A stretch of DNA of 58,219 nucleotides from Candidatus Erginobacter occultus (lineage in GTDB: Bacteria; Auribacterota; Erginobacteria; Erginobacterales; Erginobacteraceae): contig JAVCCZ010000190.1 in assembly GCA_030765265.1 (NCBI GenBank), positions 1 through 58,219 on the forward strand. Direction: 5' to 3'. Positions 50,197 through 58,219 of this stretch are shown here, in pieces (position 1 is the first letter of the stretch; the number at the start of each line of letters is the position of its first letter). The notes beneath the pieces are model-generated. The model did no database searches and had not been told where the DNA came from. It saw only the letters and a list, made by a program, of their open reading frames with translations. The translations under genes were made by a program, and so were the position numbers.

Positions 50197-51227
50197 ATGA
50201 ACTCGCGCGATTTTTTTCACCGCCTGCGGGCTGTCCTGACGGCGGCGCTGGCGGGACTCCTGGCCGCCATCCCGGCCGCCCCGGCCCGGGCCGCGGAGAC
50301 GCTCCTGGATGCCGCCCGCCGGATAGGGTTCGAGCAGGCCGAGGAGTATGTCCCGGCCGAGGTCCTGGAAAGCTTCACCCTCCCCTCCGAGGAAGACTGG
50401 CGGCGTTTCTGGACCGGCGTCCAGTCCGCCCTGCAGTCGGGCGACCTCGAACAGCTCTCCTGGATGTATCCGGAAGCGGTCCGGGGACTCGAGATCCTGG
50501 ACACGATCCCGGGCGCCGAGTCCTACGCCGACTGGTTCCGCCAGCGGCTCGATTACTTCGACGTCGCCGACCGGGTCGCCCGGCGGTACCCGGCCCCCCT
50601 CCCGCCGCCGGCCCGGCCGCCGGCCCCCCCGGGGGCGATCGTCCCTCCCCCGCCGCCGAAGACGGCCCCGCCCCCGCCCGCGGTCTCCCGGAAGAGAGAG
50701 GAGAGCGTGACCAGCCTGGAACTCTGGAAGGCGAAGCTCAAGGGCCGCCCGGCCCCCGCCCGGGCGGGCGAGTTCGTCCCCGGCCTCAAACGGATCTTCG
50801 CCGCCGAGGGCGTCCCCCCCGAACTGGTCTGGCTGGCCGAGGTCGAGTCCTCCTTCAACCCGGAAGCGAGGAGCCCGGTCGGCGCCCGCGGTCTCTACCA
50901 GTTTATGCCCGCCACCGCCCGCGGTCTCGGCCTGGCCGAGGGCCCCCCGACGATCGCCTCGATCCGGGGAAAAGCGGCCGGGCCGCCGCCAACTACCTGA
51001 AGGACCTCCATCGGCGGTTCGAATCCTGGCCCCTGGCCCTGGCCGCCTATAACGCCGGGCAGGGGAGGGTGGGGGGTCTCCTCAAGCGGCACGGGGCGGC
51101 AACCTTCTCCGGGATCGCCGGCTATCTTCCCTCGGAGACCCGGATGTACGTCCCCAAGGTTCTGGCCACCGTCTTTCACCGCGAGGGGATCGACCCGGAA
51201 AAGCTCCCGCCCCCCTCCGCCCCCTGA
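50197..51227 (+). pseudogene. Lytic transglycosylase (SLT/MltD-like), frameshifted at a C-run (50943-50948)
   Basis: One frame has LAEVESSFNPEARS.VGARGLYQFMPATA; another continues DDRLDPGKS..AAANYL..WPLALAAYNAG..ETRMYVPKV. Confidence 0.85.
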
Positions 51228-51336
51228 CCCCCCGGCAAAAAACCTGGATATTCAATCCTTGCCGCTTTTCTACCCGGTCCGCCTGTGATACCCTCGGGAG
51301 TCTTTTGACGATAACTCGGGATCGATCGTTGGGTTG

Positions 51337-53178
51337 ATGAAATCAATAAGAGCCAAGATGCTGCTCTGGTTCGGGGTGCCCGTCGCCCTCCTCTTCCTGG
51401 TCCTGGGCGCGGTCAATTACCTCCAGGTCCGGGAGACCGTCTTCCCCCTCAACGAGGAGCTGAGCCGGGAAGTCCTGGCCGCCCGGGCGGCGGAGATCGG
51501 CCGGCTGATGCACGGCTACGTCAGCGAGATCAAAACGATGGCGCGGGACGATATCCTCCGCGAGGGAACCCGGGTGGAGATAAAAGCCGATATCCTCGGC
51601 CGGGACGCGGCCCGCAACCCCGACTACGAGATGATCTTCTACGCCGATCCGGCGGGTCACTTCATCGCCTCCAACGACACCGAGGGCAACGTCGCCGACC
51701 GCGATTACTTCCGGGCGATCGTCCACGGAGGCGCCGAATATTACGTGAGCAACCCCCTGGTCTCCCGGTCCACCGGGGAGAACGTCTTTGTCGTCGCCTG
51801 CCCGTTGATCGACAGCCGGGGGGAGAGCAAGGGCGTGATCGCCGCCACGGTGCTCCTGAAGACCCTGACCTCGATCGCCGGCTCGATCAAGATGGGGGAG
51901 AGGGGCTTCGGCTACGTGGTCGACTCCACCGGCCTCCTGATCGCCCACCCTTCCCAGGAGTGGCGGCTGAAGCTCAACCTCCTGACTTCACGGGAGCAGG
52001 GTTTCGAGGGCCTCGGCGAGGCCGGGAGGATGATCGTCGCCGGCGAGCCGGGGCTGATTCGCTACCGCCGCCCGGACGGCTCGAAGATGATCGCCATCTT
52101 CGATCTCATCCCCGAGACCCCCGGCTGGTTTCTCGGCCTCGCCATCTCCGAGGGCGAGCTGATGGGCCGGGTGACCGCCCTGGTCCGCCGGATCTTTTCC
52201 CTTCTCTTGGCCACCCTGGCGGTGCTCCTTTTGATCGTGATTGTCATCTCCGGCCGGCTCGCCGGACCGATCGGCCTGCTGAGACGCGGGGTAAATAAGG
52301 TCAGCGCGGGCGACCTCGACCACCGCCTGGATATCCGCACCGGCGACGAGATCGAGGAACTGGCCTCCGCCTTCAACAAGATGACGGTTGATCTCAAAGA
52401 GCAGATCAAAAATCTCCAGGCCGAGACCGCCAAAAGGCAGGCGGTGGAGAGCGAGCTGCAGATCGCCAAGGAGATCCAGGAGAGCATCCTCCCCCGGGTC
52501 TTCCCCCCCTTCCCCGGGCGGGGAGAGTTCGACCTCTACTCCGTGATGCACCCGGCCAAGGAAGTCGGCGGGGACTTTTACGACTTCTTCTTCTACGACA
52601 AGAACACCTTCGTGATGATCATCGGCGACGTCTCCGGCAAGGGGGTCCCGGCCGCCCTCTTTATGATGCTCAGCCGGACGCTGATCCACACCGTGGCCTC
52701 GGAAGAGAAGGACCCGGCCCGGGTGTTAGAGAAGGTCAACGACATCGTCTCCGAAGACAACGAGACCTGTATGTTCGTCACCGTCTTCCTCGCCTCTTAC
52801 GACGTGCCGACCGGGAGGTTGACCTACTCCAACGCCGGCCACACCCCGGCCTTGAAGATCACCGCGGGAAAAACGGTCCAGGAGCTGACCACGGAAAACA
52901 GCGTCGCCCTCGGGGTGATGCCCGGCGTCGACTACCGCCCGGGGGAGACCGTCCTCGAGACCGGCGACCGGTTCGTCTTCTATACCGACGGCGTCAACGA
53001 AGCGTTCAGCCCCGCCGGCGAATTCTACGGGACCCAGAGGTTCATCGACCACTTCCTGAAGGCCGGCGACCCCTCTGCCCGGGAAGAAGCCGCCGCCATC
53101 CTCAAAGACGTGATGGATTTCCAGGAAGAGAACCAGCACGACGACATCACCATCACCGTCTTTAAAAGGCTGGAATAA
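51337..53178 (+). CDS. Membrane Cache-HAMP-PP2C (SpoIIE/RsbU-like) phosphatase
   Basis: Two TM helices, dCache DRDYF..SNPLVSRSTG, HAMP DEIEELASAFNKM, then VGGDFYD, GDVSGKG, NAGH, YTDG and HDDIT. Confidence 0.92.
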   Translation: MKSIRAKMLLWFGVPVALLFLVLGAVNYLQVRETVFPLNEELSREVLAARAAEIGRLMHGYVSEIKTMARDDILREGTRVEIKADILGRDAARNPDYEMIFYADPAGHFIASNDTEGNVADRDYFRAIVHGGAEYYVSNPLVSRSTGENVFVVACPLIDSRGESKGVIAATVLLKTLTSIAGSIKMGERGFGYVVDSTGLLIAHPSQEWRLKLNLLTSREQGFEGLGEAGRMIVAGEPGLIRYRRPDGSKMIAIFDLIPETPGWFLGLAISEGELMGRVTALVRRIFSLLLATLAVLLLIVIVISGRLAGPIGLLRRGVNKVSAGDLDHRLDIRTGDEIEELASAFNKMTVDLKEQIKNLQAETAKRQAVESELQIAKEIQESILPRVFPPFPGRGEFDLYSVMHPAKEVGGDFYDFFFYDKNTFVMIIGDVSGKGVPAALFMMLSRTLIHTVASEEKDPARVLEKVNDIVSEDNETCMFVTVFLASYDVPTGRLTYSNAGHTPALKITAGKTVQELTTENSVALGVMPGVDYRPGETVLETGDRFVFYTDGVNEAFSPAGEFYGTQRFIDHFLKAGDPSAREEAAAILKDVMDFQEENQHDDITITVFKRLE

Positions 53179-53188
53179 GAAACCCCCT

Positions 53189-53268
53189 CCGGAGCGAAAG
53201 TTCAGAAGCTGCCCGACCTCGCCCTCCGCCTCGAAAAATGTCAAAAGTATATGACTGACCCCTTTTTC
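53189..53268. repeat. Composite intergenic repeat (CCGGAGCGAAAGTTC motif + ATGACTGACCCCTTTTTC motif)
   Basis: Both motifs recur in the same order at 54218-54337. Confidence 0.8.
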
Positions 53269-53899
53269 ACCCCTTTTTCAGCAGCAGGCGGGCCCCGATC
53301 CCGATGAAGACGATCCCGATCAGGGCCACCACCGCCCCCGCCCCCCAGAGGAGCGCCCGGTAGATATCGTCCGTCAGCCAGCCCCGCCCGGCGGTCAGCG
53401 CTGCCGCCACCAGCAGATACCAGCTGAAGTCCCCCAGCTCGTGCCCGAGGAGGAAGAGGGTGAACTCCCCCCGGCCCCGGAGGTTGAGCGTCGCCATCTG
53501 GCCGGTCCCCACCGTGGCCCACCAGCCGGTGAAGTAGGGGTTGGAGAGCGAGGCGCCGATCCCGGCCAGAAAGAGGGTCAGCGCCGACATCGCGCTTCCC
53601 CGGCTCCCCGCCAGCGAGGCCTCCCCGGCCGCGGCGGCGATCGACCAGCCCATCCAGATCAGAACCCCGCCCCCGACGATGCCCAGCCCCGAGCGGACCG
53701 CCGCCCGCTTCAGCCACCGCCCCAGACCCCGGGCCAGACCGGCCACCAGGACCGCCTCCAGAAAGGCGTGCCCGAGCAGGAGGTAGACCACCGCCAGCGG
53801 CCCCCGGGCCAGCACCTGCCCGACCACCACCGCCAGCAGCGGCCCCGGGGACATCGCCCCGGTCAGCGCCACGATGAATGCCAGTCCGAATATCTTCAT
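53267..53899 (-). CDS. LysE-family translocator
   Basis: GAMSPGPL, GH..LE and SNPYFTGWW. Confidence 0.88.
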   Translation of the reverse strand: MKIFGLAFIVALTGAMSPGPLLAVVVGQVLARGPLAVVYLLLGHAFLEAVLVAGLARGLGRWLKRAAVRSGLGIVGGGVLIWMGWSIAAAAGEASLAGSRGSAMSALTLFLAGIGASLSNPYFTGWWATVGTGQMATLNLRGRGEFTLFLLGHELGDFSWYLLVAAALTAGRGWLTDDIYRALLWGAGAVVALIGIVFIGIGARLLLKKG

Positions 53900-54009
53900 A
53901 TCCAGGAAATCTCGTTAGAGCGATCGCCAAACGCTGCCTCGATCCATTCAGATGAGCGTAATCGTCTTCCGGGAGTTCGTCAACCGTCTCTCTCTGCGGC
54001 CAATCGTTC

Positions 54010-54337
54010 CCGGAGCGAAAGTTCAGAAGCTGCCGGCAGGGGTTTTGGGGGGAGTGCGGCCGGAGTTAGCTTGTGAACTGATTCACCTGCCGGATAAACC
54101 GGCAGGGGTCTTTTGGGAAAGCGCGGCCGGAGTTACGCCCCCGGTGGGTTTACCCCACCGGAGCGAAAGTTCCGAAGCTACCCGGCCGGTCCCCCCGCCC
54201 CCGGTGGGCTTGCCCCACCGGAGCGAAAGTTCAAAAGCTATCCGGCTGCCCCTCCGCCCCCCTGCCCCGATTGCCGACAATCGCTATCCCCTTCCCCCCC
54301 CAAAAAATGACAAAAAAAAATGACTGACCCCTTTTTC
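54010..54337. repeat. Cluster of REP-like repeats, including two 60-bp tandem units with a CCGGTGGG-N5-CCCACCGG hairpin
   Basis: CCGGAGCGAAAGTTC occurs at 54010, 54158 and 54218. GCGGCCGGAGTTA is duplicated (54056, 54123). The minus strand has a GTAG foot. Confidence 0.82.
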
Positions 54338-54346
54338 CCAACTTTT

Positions 54347-55240
54347 CTAAGCATCTTTCTGCAATTTATCCGTCAAAACGACCAGGGCCGTCCAGATCCT
54401 GTTTAAATCAAACCGCTCGAAGTCGCGGGAACGCAGGACCGGCCTCAAGTCTGTTTCCTTCTGGCGTTCCAGTTCCGCGAAACGGGCGTCATCAAGCTGC
54501 GGGGGAATATTCCCGGGCACCTTTATCTTCCGCCCGGCCAAAGCGATAAATTTCGGGTCGGTAAAATCCAACTGCCGGGCCCCGCGGGCAAAATCCAGGT
54601 CGAAGAAATCGCGAATCGCCGGTGTTCGTCGGCAAAGAGCCGCGCGCGTCTTTTCGCTCCACAGTTCCTTGATCGCCATCACCCGGACAGGAAACGGTGG
54701 AAACAGCGCTCTTCCGGTTAAGGGGTTGGCCAATAACGTCCCCGCCGGCTTGATCTTCGGCGGGAGGAGGAGCGGTTCACGGAGTCCGAATTCTATCCGG
54801 ATTTGCGCAGTCCGGCCTGTTGTCGGAGATTGATATTCCAGTCCCTGAAAGTAATGGGTCGATTGATTCGCCCCCCTCAGAGCTTCGATAATCTTCAGTG
54901 GCGGACAGTGCTCCTCGATGCCGCCGCATAGCTCCTTGACCGGTTTTATTACACGCCTCCGCTCGGATCGGGATGAGCCAACCGGCACGGAGACGGCAAA
55001 ATCCAAATCTTCACTCAGGCGATAAAAGTCGGCGTATACTTTGCTTAGACAGGTCCCGCCCTTGAAGACCACCGGTTCGGGCATATCTTCCGCTATCAAC
55101 GCCAGCGCCAGGGAGCAGAAGAAATCTTTTTCAATCAGCTCTCCGGGATAGCCTCGATCCCGCGCCGTCCGTTCGACGGCTTCCCGAAAAAATTCCCCGT
55201 CATTTAGCCACTTCATCGCCGCCTGGAGAATGTTATTCAT
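54347..55240 (-). CDS. abiEii: AbiEii-family nucleotidyltransferase toxin (type IV TA)
   Basis: LIEKDF, VFKGGTCLSK, YRLSEDLDF, EK.RA and IRDFFD. Confidence 0.9.
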   Translation of the reverse strand: MNNILQAAMKWLNDGEFFREAVERTARDRGYPGELIEKDFFCSLALALIAEDMPEPVVFKGGTCLSKVYADFYRLSEDLDFAVSVPVGSSRSERRRVIKPVKELCGGIEEHCPPLKIIEALRGANQSTHYFQGLEYQSPTTGRTAQIRIEFGLREPLLLPPKIKPAGTLLANPLTGRALFPPFPVRVMAIKELWSEKTRAALCRRTPAIRDFFDLDFARGARQLDFTDPKFIALAGRKIKVPGNIPPQLDDARFAELERQKETDLRPVLRSRDFERFDLNRIWTALVVLTDKLQKDA

Positions 55241-56054
55241 TATCCACTATCCCCCAGTCAGTGTTCACGCTTCCCCGTGCCTGCCGGCCCGGCACCAGCG
55301 GGATGACCGATTTTTTGCTCCGGAGGGATGCTTTCAGCCGTTGGCCGGCCTCTCCGGAGAAACCTGCTTTTTCCAGGACGTACCCGATCCGCCGGATTGT
55401 CCCCTGGTTGCCGAACCGGCCGGTCGCTTCCGCGATCCTTCCGGCCAGGCCGGGATCTCCTTTGACCTCCTCGCGGATCCATTCCAGGGCCCTGGGCAGG
55501 GTCCCGAACCGGGACCACTCGAATACCGCGTCCACCAGCGCCCGCGCCCGGGTCGGCATAATGCTAGCCGGGCTGTCAGGCCTGGCAGACTCTTCCGTTC
55601 CCCCCAGCCGCCGGTCGGGGACCTTGATGAAGGTGAATTCCCGTCCGGCGATCACCCGGGCTCCGTAGATCCGGTTATTGTAAGCGTAAATTCGGGCGGA
55701 GACCTGGTCTGTGAAGCCCAGCCGGTTGAAGACCGGCCAGCCGCAGAGCTGGCACCGCCCGTAGTCGTAGACCCGCATCAGCTCCCGGAGGATGAATTCC
55801 TCTCCGGGATTCCAGACCCCCCCCAGCGGCAACCGAGGCGGCACCAGGTAGACGCCTCTCTTGAGGCGGATGATTGTTCCACCCCGGGCGAGGCGCCAGA
55901 GAAGTTTTCGCTCCTGCTCGGCTGTCAGCTCCAGGTCATCCCTCAATTGACCGGTCCTGACCAGTGAGATCTCCCTGAACTGGGTATAGGAAAGGAACCT
56001 CTGCTCCAATCCCCCCAACCGTTCCTTCCCCGGTTTATTTATTCCTGTATTCAT
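55233..56054 (-). CDS. abiEi: AbiEi-family antitoxin / transcriptional regulator
   Basis: N-terminal wHTH L.RL.RGG.IIRLKRGVY, GFTDQ, RALVD and IRRIGYVLE; overlaps abiEii; GGAGG RBS. Confidence 0.85.
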   Translation of the reverse strand: MNTGINKPGKERLGGLEQRFLSYTQFREISLVRTGQLRDDLELTAEQERKLLWRLARGGTIIRLKRGVYLVPPRLPLGGVWNPGEEFILRELMRVYDYGRCQLCGWPVFNRLGFTDQVSARIYAYNNRIYGARVIAGREFTFIKVPDRRLGGTEESARPDSPASIMPTRARALVDAVFEWSRFGTLPRALEWIREEVKGDPGLAGRIAEATGRFGNQGTIRRIGYVLEKAGFSGEAGQRLKASLRSKKSVIPLVPGRQARGSVNTDWGIVDNE

Positions 56055-56361
56055 AAATGCCTCCAAACGACATTATCTTATATAATACTATAGATCACCC
56101 CGCAAGTTTAAAATCCCCCATTTTTTTTTCATTCTTTCCGCGCTCCAAACGCAAGCCATCTCGAGCCCCCCTCCTCCCGGAAGCAAACCCGCCCCCCGGC
56201 CATTCCCCATTCCCCAAACAGCAATGACTTTTTTCCGTTATTTATTCCGGATTGAATGCTAACATATCTGAAACTGAGAATTCGGAGCCCGTCCCGGTCC
56301 GACCGGAGCCGGGACGGGGAGATTGCGAAAAACGGAAAGCCCGATCGGGGATTACCGAGAG

Positions 56362-56745
56362 ATGAACACCTGGTATGCCGATTTAAATAAGCCCCCACTC
56401 ACCCCGCCGAACTGGGTATTTTCCCCGGTCTGGATCGTGCTCTACGTGATGATCGCGGTCGCGATCTTCCTCTATTACCGTTCCCCGGATAAACGTCAGG
56501 TCGCCCTGACCTCGGCCCTGCTCGCGCTCCACCTGGCCGCGAATTTCGCCTGGACCTACCTCTTCTTCGGGTTGCGCTCCCCGGCGCTGGCCCTGGCCGA
56601 CATCGTCGTGCTCGACGTGACCCTGGTCCTGCTCATCGTCCGGTTCTGGAGAGCGAGCCCGCCGGCCGGGGCGCTGCTCATCCCTTACCTGCTCTGGGTC
56701 CTCTTCGCGACCTACTTGAACATTGGCATCTTCAGTCTGAACTGA
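56362..56745 (+). CDS. tspO: TspO/MBR tryptophan-rich sensory protein
   Basis: WY..LNKPPLTPPNWVFSPVW, NFAWTYLFFG and LIPYLLWVLFATYLN. Confidence 0.92.
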   Translation: MNTWYADLNKPPLTPPNWVFSPVWIVLYVMIAVAIFLYYRSPDKRQVALTSALLALHLAANFAWTYLFFGLRSPALALADIVVLDVTLVLLIVRFWRASPPAGALLIPYLLWVLFATYLNIGIFSLN

Positions 56746-56803
56746 AAACCGGTCCGGACATCCCGCCTTACCCGGGGACAACGCTGCCGTCCCCCCCGCC
56801 CCT

Positions 56804-56850
56804 CGCCCCCGGTGGGCTTGTCCCACCGGAGCGAAAGTTCCCCGGCTACA
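56804..56850. repeat. REP-like repeat of the same family as 54136-54260
   Basis: CGCCCCCGGTGGGCTTGTCCCACCGGAGCGAAAGTTC...CTAC. Confidence 0.82.
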
Positions 56851-56974
56851 CCGGGCGAATTTCAGACTTTCCCCTACCCGCCGGGGAGGGGGACCAAGGG
56901 GGATATTCCCGGAAATTCTTCAGAACAGGTTCCCACCCCCGAAAAAGCATTAGCCCTGTCCCCTCGGGGGGGGT

Positions 56975-57031
56975 AATTACTTGACAAAATGGGCATTCCC
57001 GCGGTAGGAATACCCATTTTGTCAAGCAATT
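56975..57031 (-). other. 25-bp-stem inverted repeat directly after the ParB stop codon
   Basis: AATTACTTGACAAAATGGGCATTCC-7 nt-GGAATACCCATTTTGTCAAGCAATT; 23/25 Watson-Crick pairs. Confidence 0.85.
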
Positions 57032-57862
57032 TTACCTTTTATCTTGAAACCGTTCGAAGAGGTTGATCTTCTCCTTGACCGGGGCGGAGAGGGTGTTCAG
57101 CTTGTAGAGGAGGTCGTGGGGACCCTCGACCTCCAGGGTGATCTTCAAGCCCTTCCGGGAGCGGCGGACCTCGATCCCCTGGTTCCATAACGACCGGATT
57201 GTCGGGTCTTCCTCGCAGATGTCCTCGATGATATCGAGCTGGAGTTCCTGGTCGTTCTTCTCCTCGTCCGGCTTCTGACGATAGACCTCGTACTTCAGGT
57301 CGTTGAGATCCACTTCCCCGTCCACAACCATCTGGAAGAGCCGCTGCCTCCGCTCCCGGTTTTCGATCCGGAGCAGCCACTCGCCGTGGCCGGATGTCAT
57401 CTTCCCCTCGATGATCGCCCGCCGCATCTCCGCGGTCAGGTTCTTGACCAGGCTGATCAGGGCGTAGATCCGGGTCTGGGACTTCCCGCAGGGCTTGACC
57501 AGTTCGTCCGGGGCGTACCCGTAGTCCTTCACCAGTTTCTGGTAGGCGTACCCTTCTTCCAGCCGGGTAAAATCTTTCCGGTTGATGTTTTCCACGAATC
57601 CCATCAGGGCCGCTTCCCGATCTTCGATCCCCTCCCAGATTTCCGCCCGGACCGTCTGATGCCCCAGCTCCCGGGCGCTCTGGAGCCGCCGGTGCCCGGC
57701 GAAGAGCAGGTAGCCGTCCCCCGCCTTCTTGACTTTGATCGGGTCCATCACCCCCCGGTCGGCAATCGAGGCCAGCATCTCCTCCGCCTCGTAGTCCTTT
57801 TCCAGTCTCATCTTGCAGAGGCTCCCGGTGATCTTCGAGATCGGTATCGCCTTTATCTCCAT
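57032..57862 (-). CDS. Orphan ParB/Spo0J-family protein
   Basis: SI..RGVMDPI.V, AGHRRL, ENINRKD, HTH ..GKSQTRI and MTSGHG; no parA adjacent within the window. Confidence 0.88.
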   Translation of the reverse strand: MEIKAIPISKITGSLCKMRLEKDYEAEEMLASIADRGVMDPIKVKKAGDGYLLFAGHRRLQSARELGHQTVRAEIWEGIEDREAALMGFVENINRKDFTRLEEGYAYQKLVKDYGYAPDELVKPCGKSQTRIYALISLVKNLTAEMRRAIIEGKMTSGHGEWLLRIENRERRQRLFQMVVDGEVDLNDLKYEVYRQKPDEEKNDQELQLDIIEDICEEDPTIRSLWNQGIEVRRSRKGLKITLEVEGPHDLLYKLNTLSAPVKEKINLFERFQDKR

Positions 57863-58096
57863 AGCCGGCTCCTTTTATAGCTGTCCCGTTATCCCGAACC
57901 GCTCCCGCACTATACTTATCCCCCGGTCATAATTGATGGCTATATCCGGATTTCCCAAAGCCTATTGGTTGCCTTAATCAATGCTGGTGGGGCGTTAGAG
58001 GCGGCTTTGAAAGTTCAGAAATAAACAGAAATTTGCTCAAGGTTATCATGCACACTCCTGATACGGGACATCTATCATTATCCGACCTGGAATTGT

Positions 58097-58189
58097 GCCG
58101 CCCCCTGCGGGGGCTCTGAGATATTTTTGCTTCTCCGGTTCCACGGGCTGACGCCCGTGGCTAATAGTGTATCGCCCGCTGCGCGGGCT
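58097..58189. repeat. Triple-hairpin REP-like element
   Basis: GCCCCC-TGC-GGGGGC, CCACGGGC-TGAC-GCCCGTGG and GCCCGC-TGC-GCGGGC. Confidence 0.7.
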
Positions 58190-58219
58190 TCTATTAGGCA
58201 AAGTAATATCCGTATGGAA

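Noticed and set aside
54136-54261. 60-bp periodic repeats as a CRISPR array
   Set aside because: There are only about two units, the would-be spacers resemble each other, there are no cas genes, and the motif is dispersed elsewhere.
57950-58005. attC-like end (GGCGTTAGAG), also GTTAGAG at 53914
   Set aside because: There is no matching RYYYAAC inverse core or L-box pairing, and no integron integrase.

Overview
GC-rich bacterial chromosomal window with no rRNA, tRNA, CRISPR array, transposase or integrase detected. It is a mosaic of envelope, metal, sulfur and stress modules. Left part: a CusR/CusS-like two-component pair, then a HAD phosphatase + ArnT-like gene and arnBCAD (L-Ara4N); a general-stress-type cluster (ferredoxin, ChaB, class I aldolase, DUF1328, two related coiled-coil proteins, SDR, rhodanese, desulforedoxin); an MBL-rhodanese/YeeE/YeeE/LpdA-like sulfur cluster; a copper/metal island (CDF, PQQ-type dehydrogenase, P1B ATPase, multicopper oxidase-beta-barrel fusion, Met/Cys-rich exported protein); and a 2-oxoacid:ferredoxin oxidoreductase. 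Right part: an AraC-RR/PAS-HK/RR set; a ~1670-aa modular Pro/Thr-stalk surface protein; ldh, tauE, fprA, tamAB; a GNAT-like gene abutting a MarC remnant; a peroxiredoxin with a Fur/PerR-like box; a frameshifted lytic transglycosylase; a Cache-HAMP-PP2C phosphatase; lysE; an AbiE type IV toxin-antitoxin pair; tspO; and an orphan ParB. At least four intergenic repeat families are present. The best leads for undescribed biology are the giant surface protein, the Met/Cys helical-repeat putative copper store, the exported/cytoplasmic coiled-coil pair, the ~200-bp MITE-like palindrome with internal VNTRs, and the orphan ParB with a 25-bp 3' hairpin. All functional calls come from motif recognition by eye, with no database searches.
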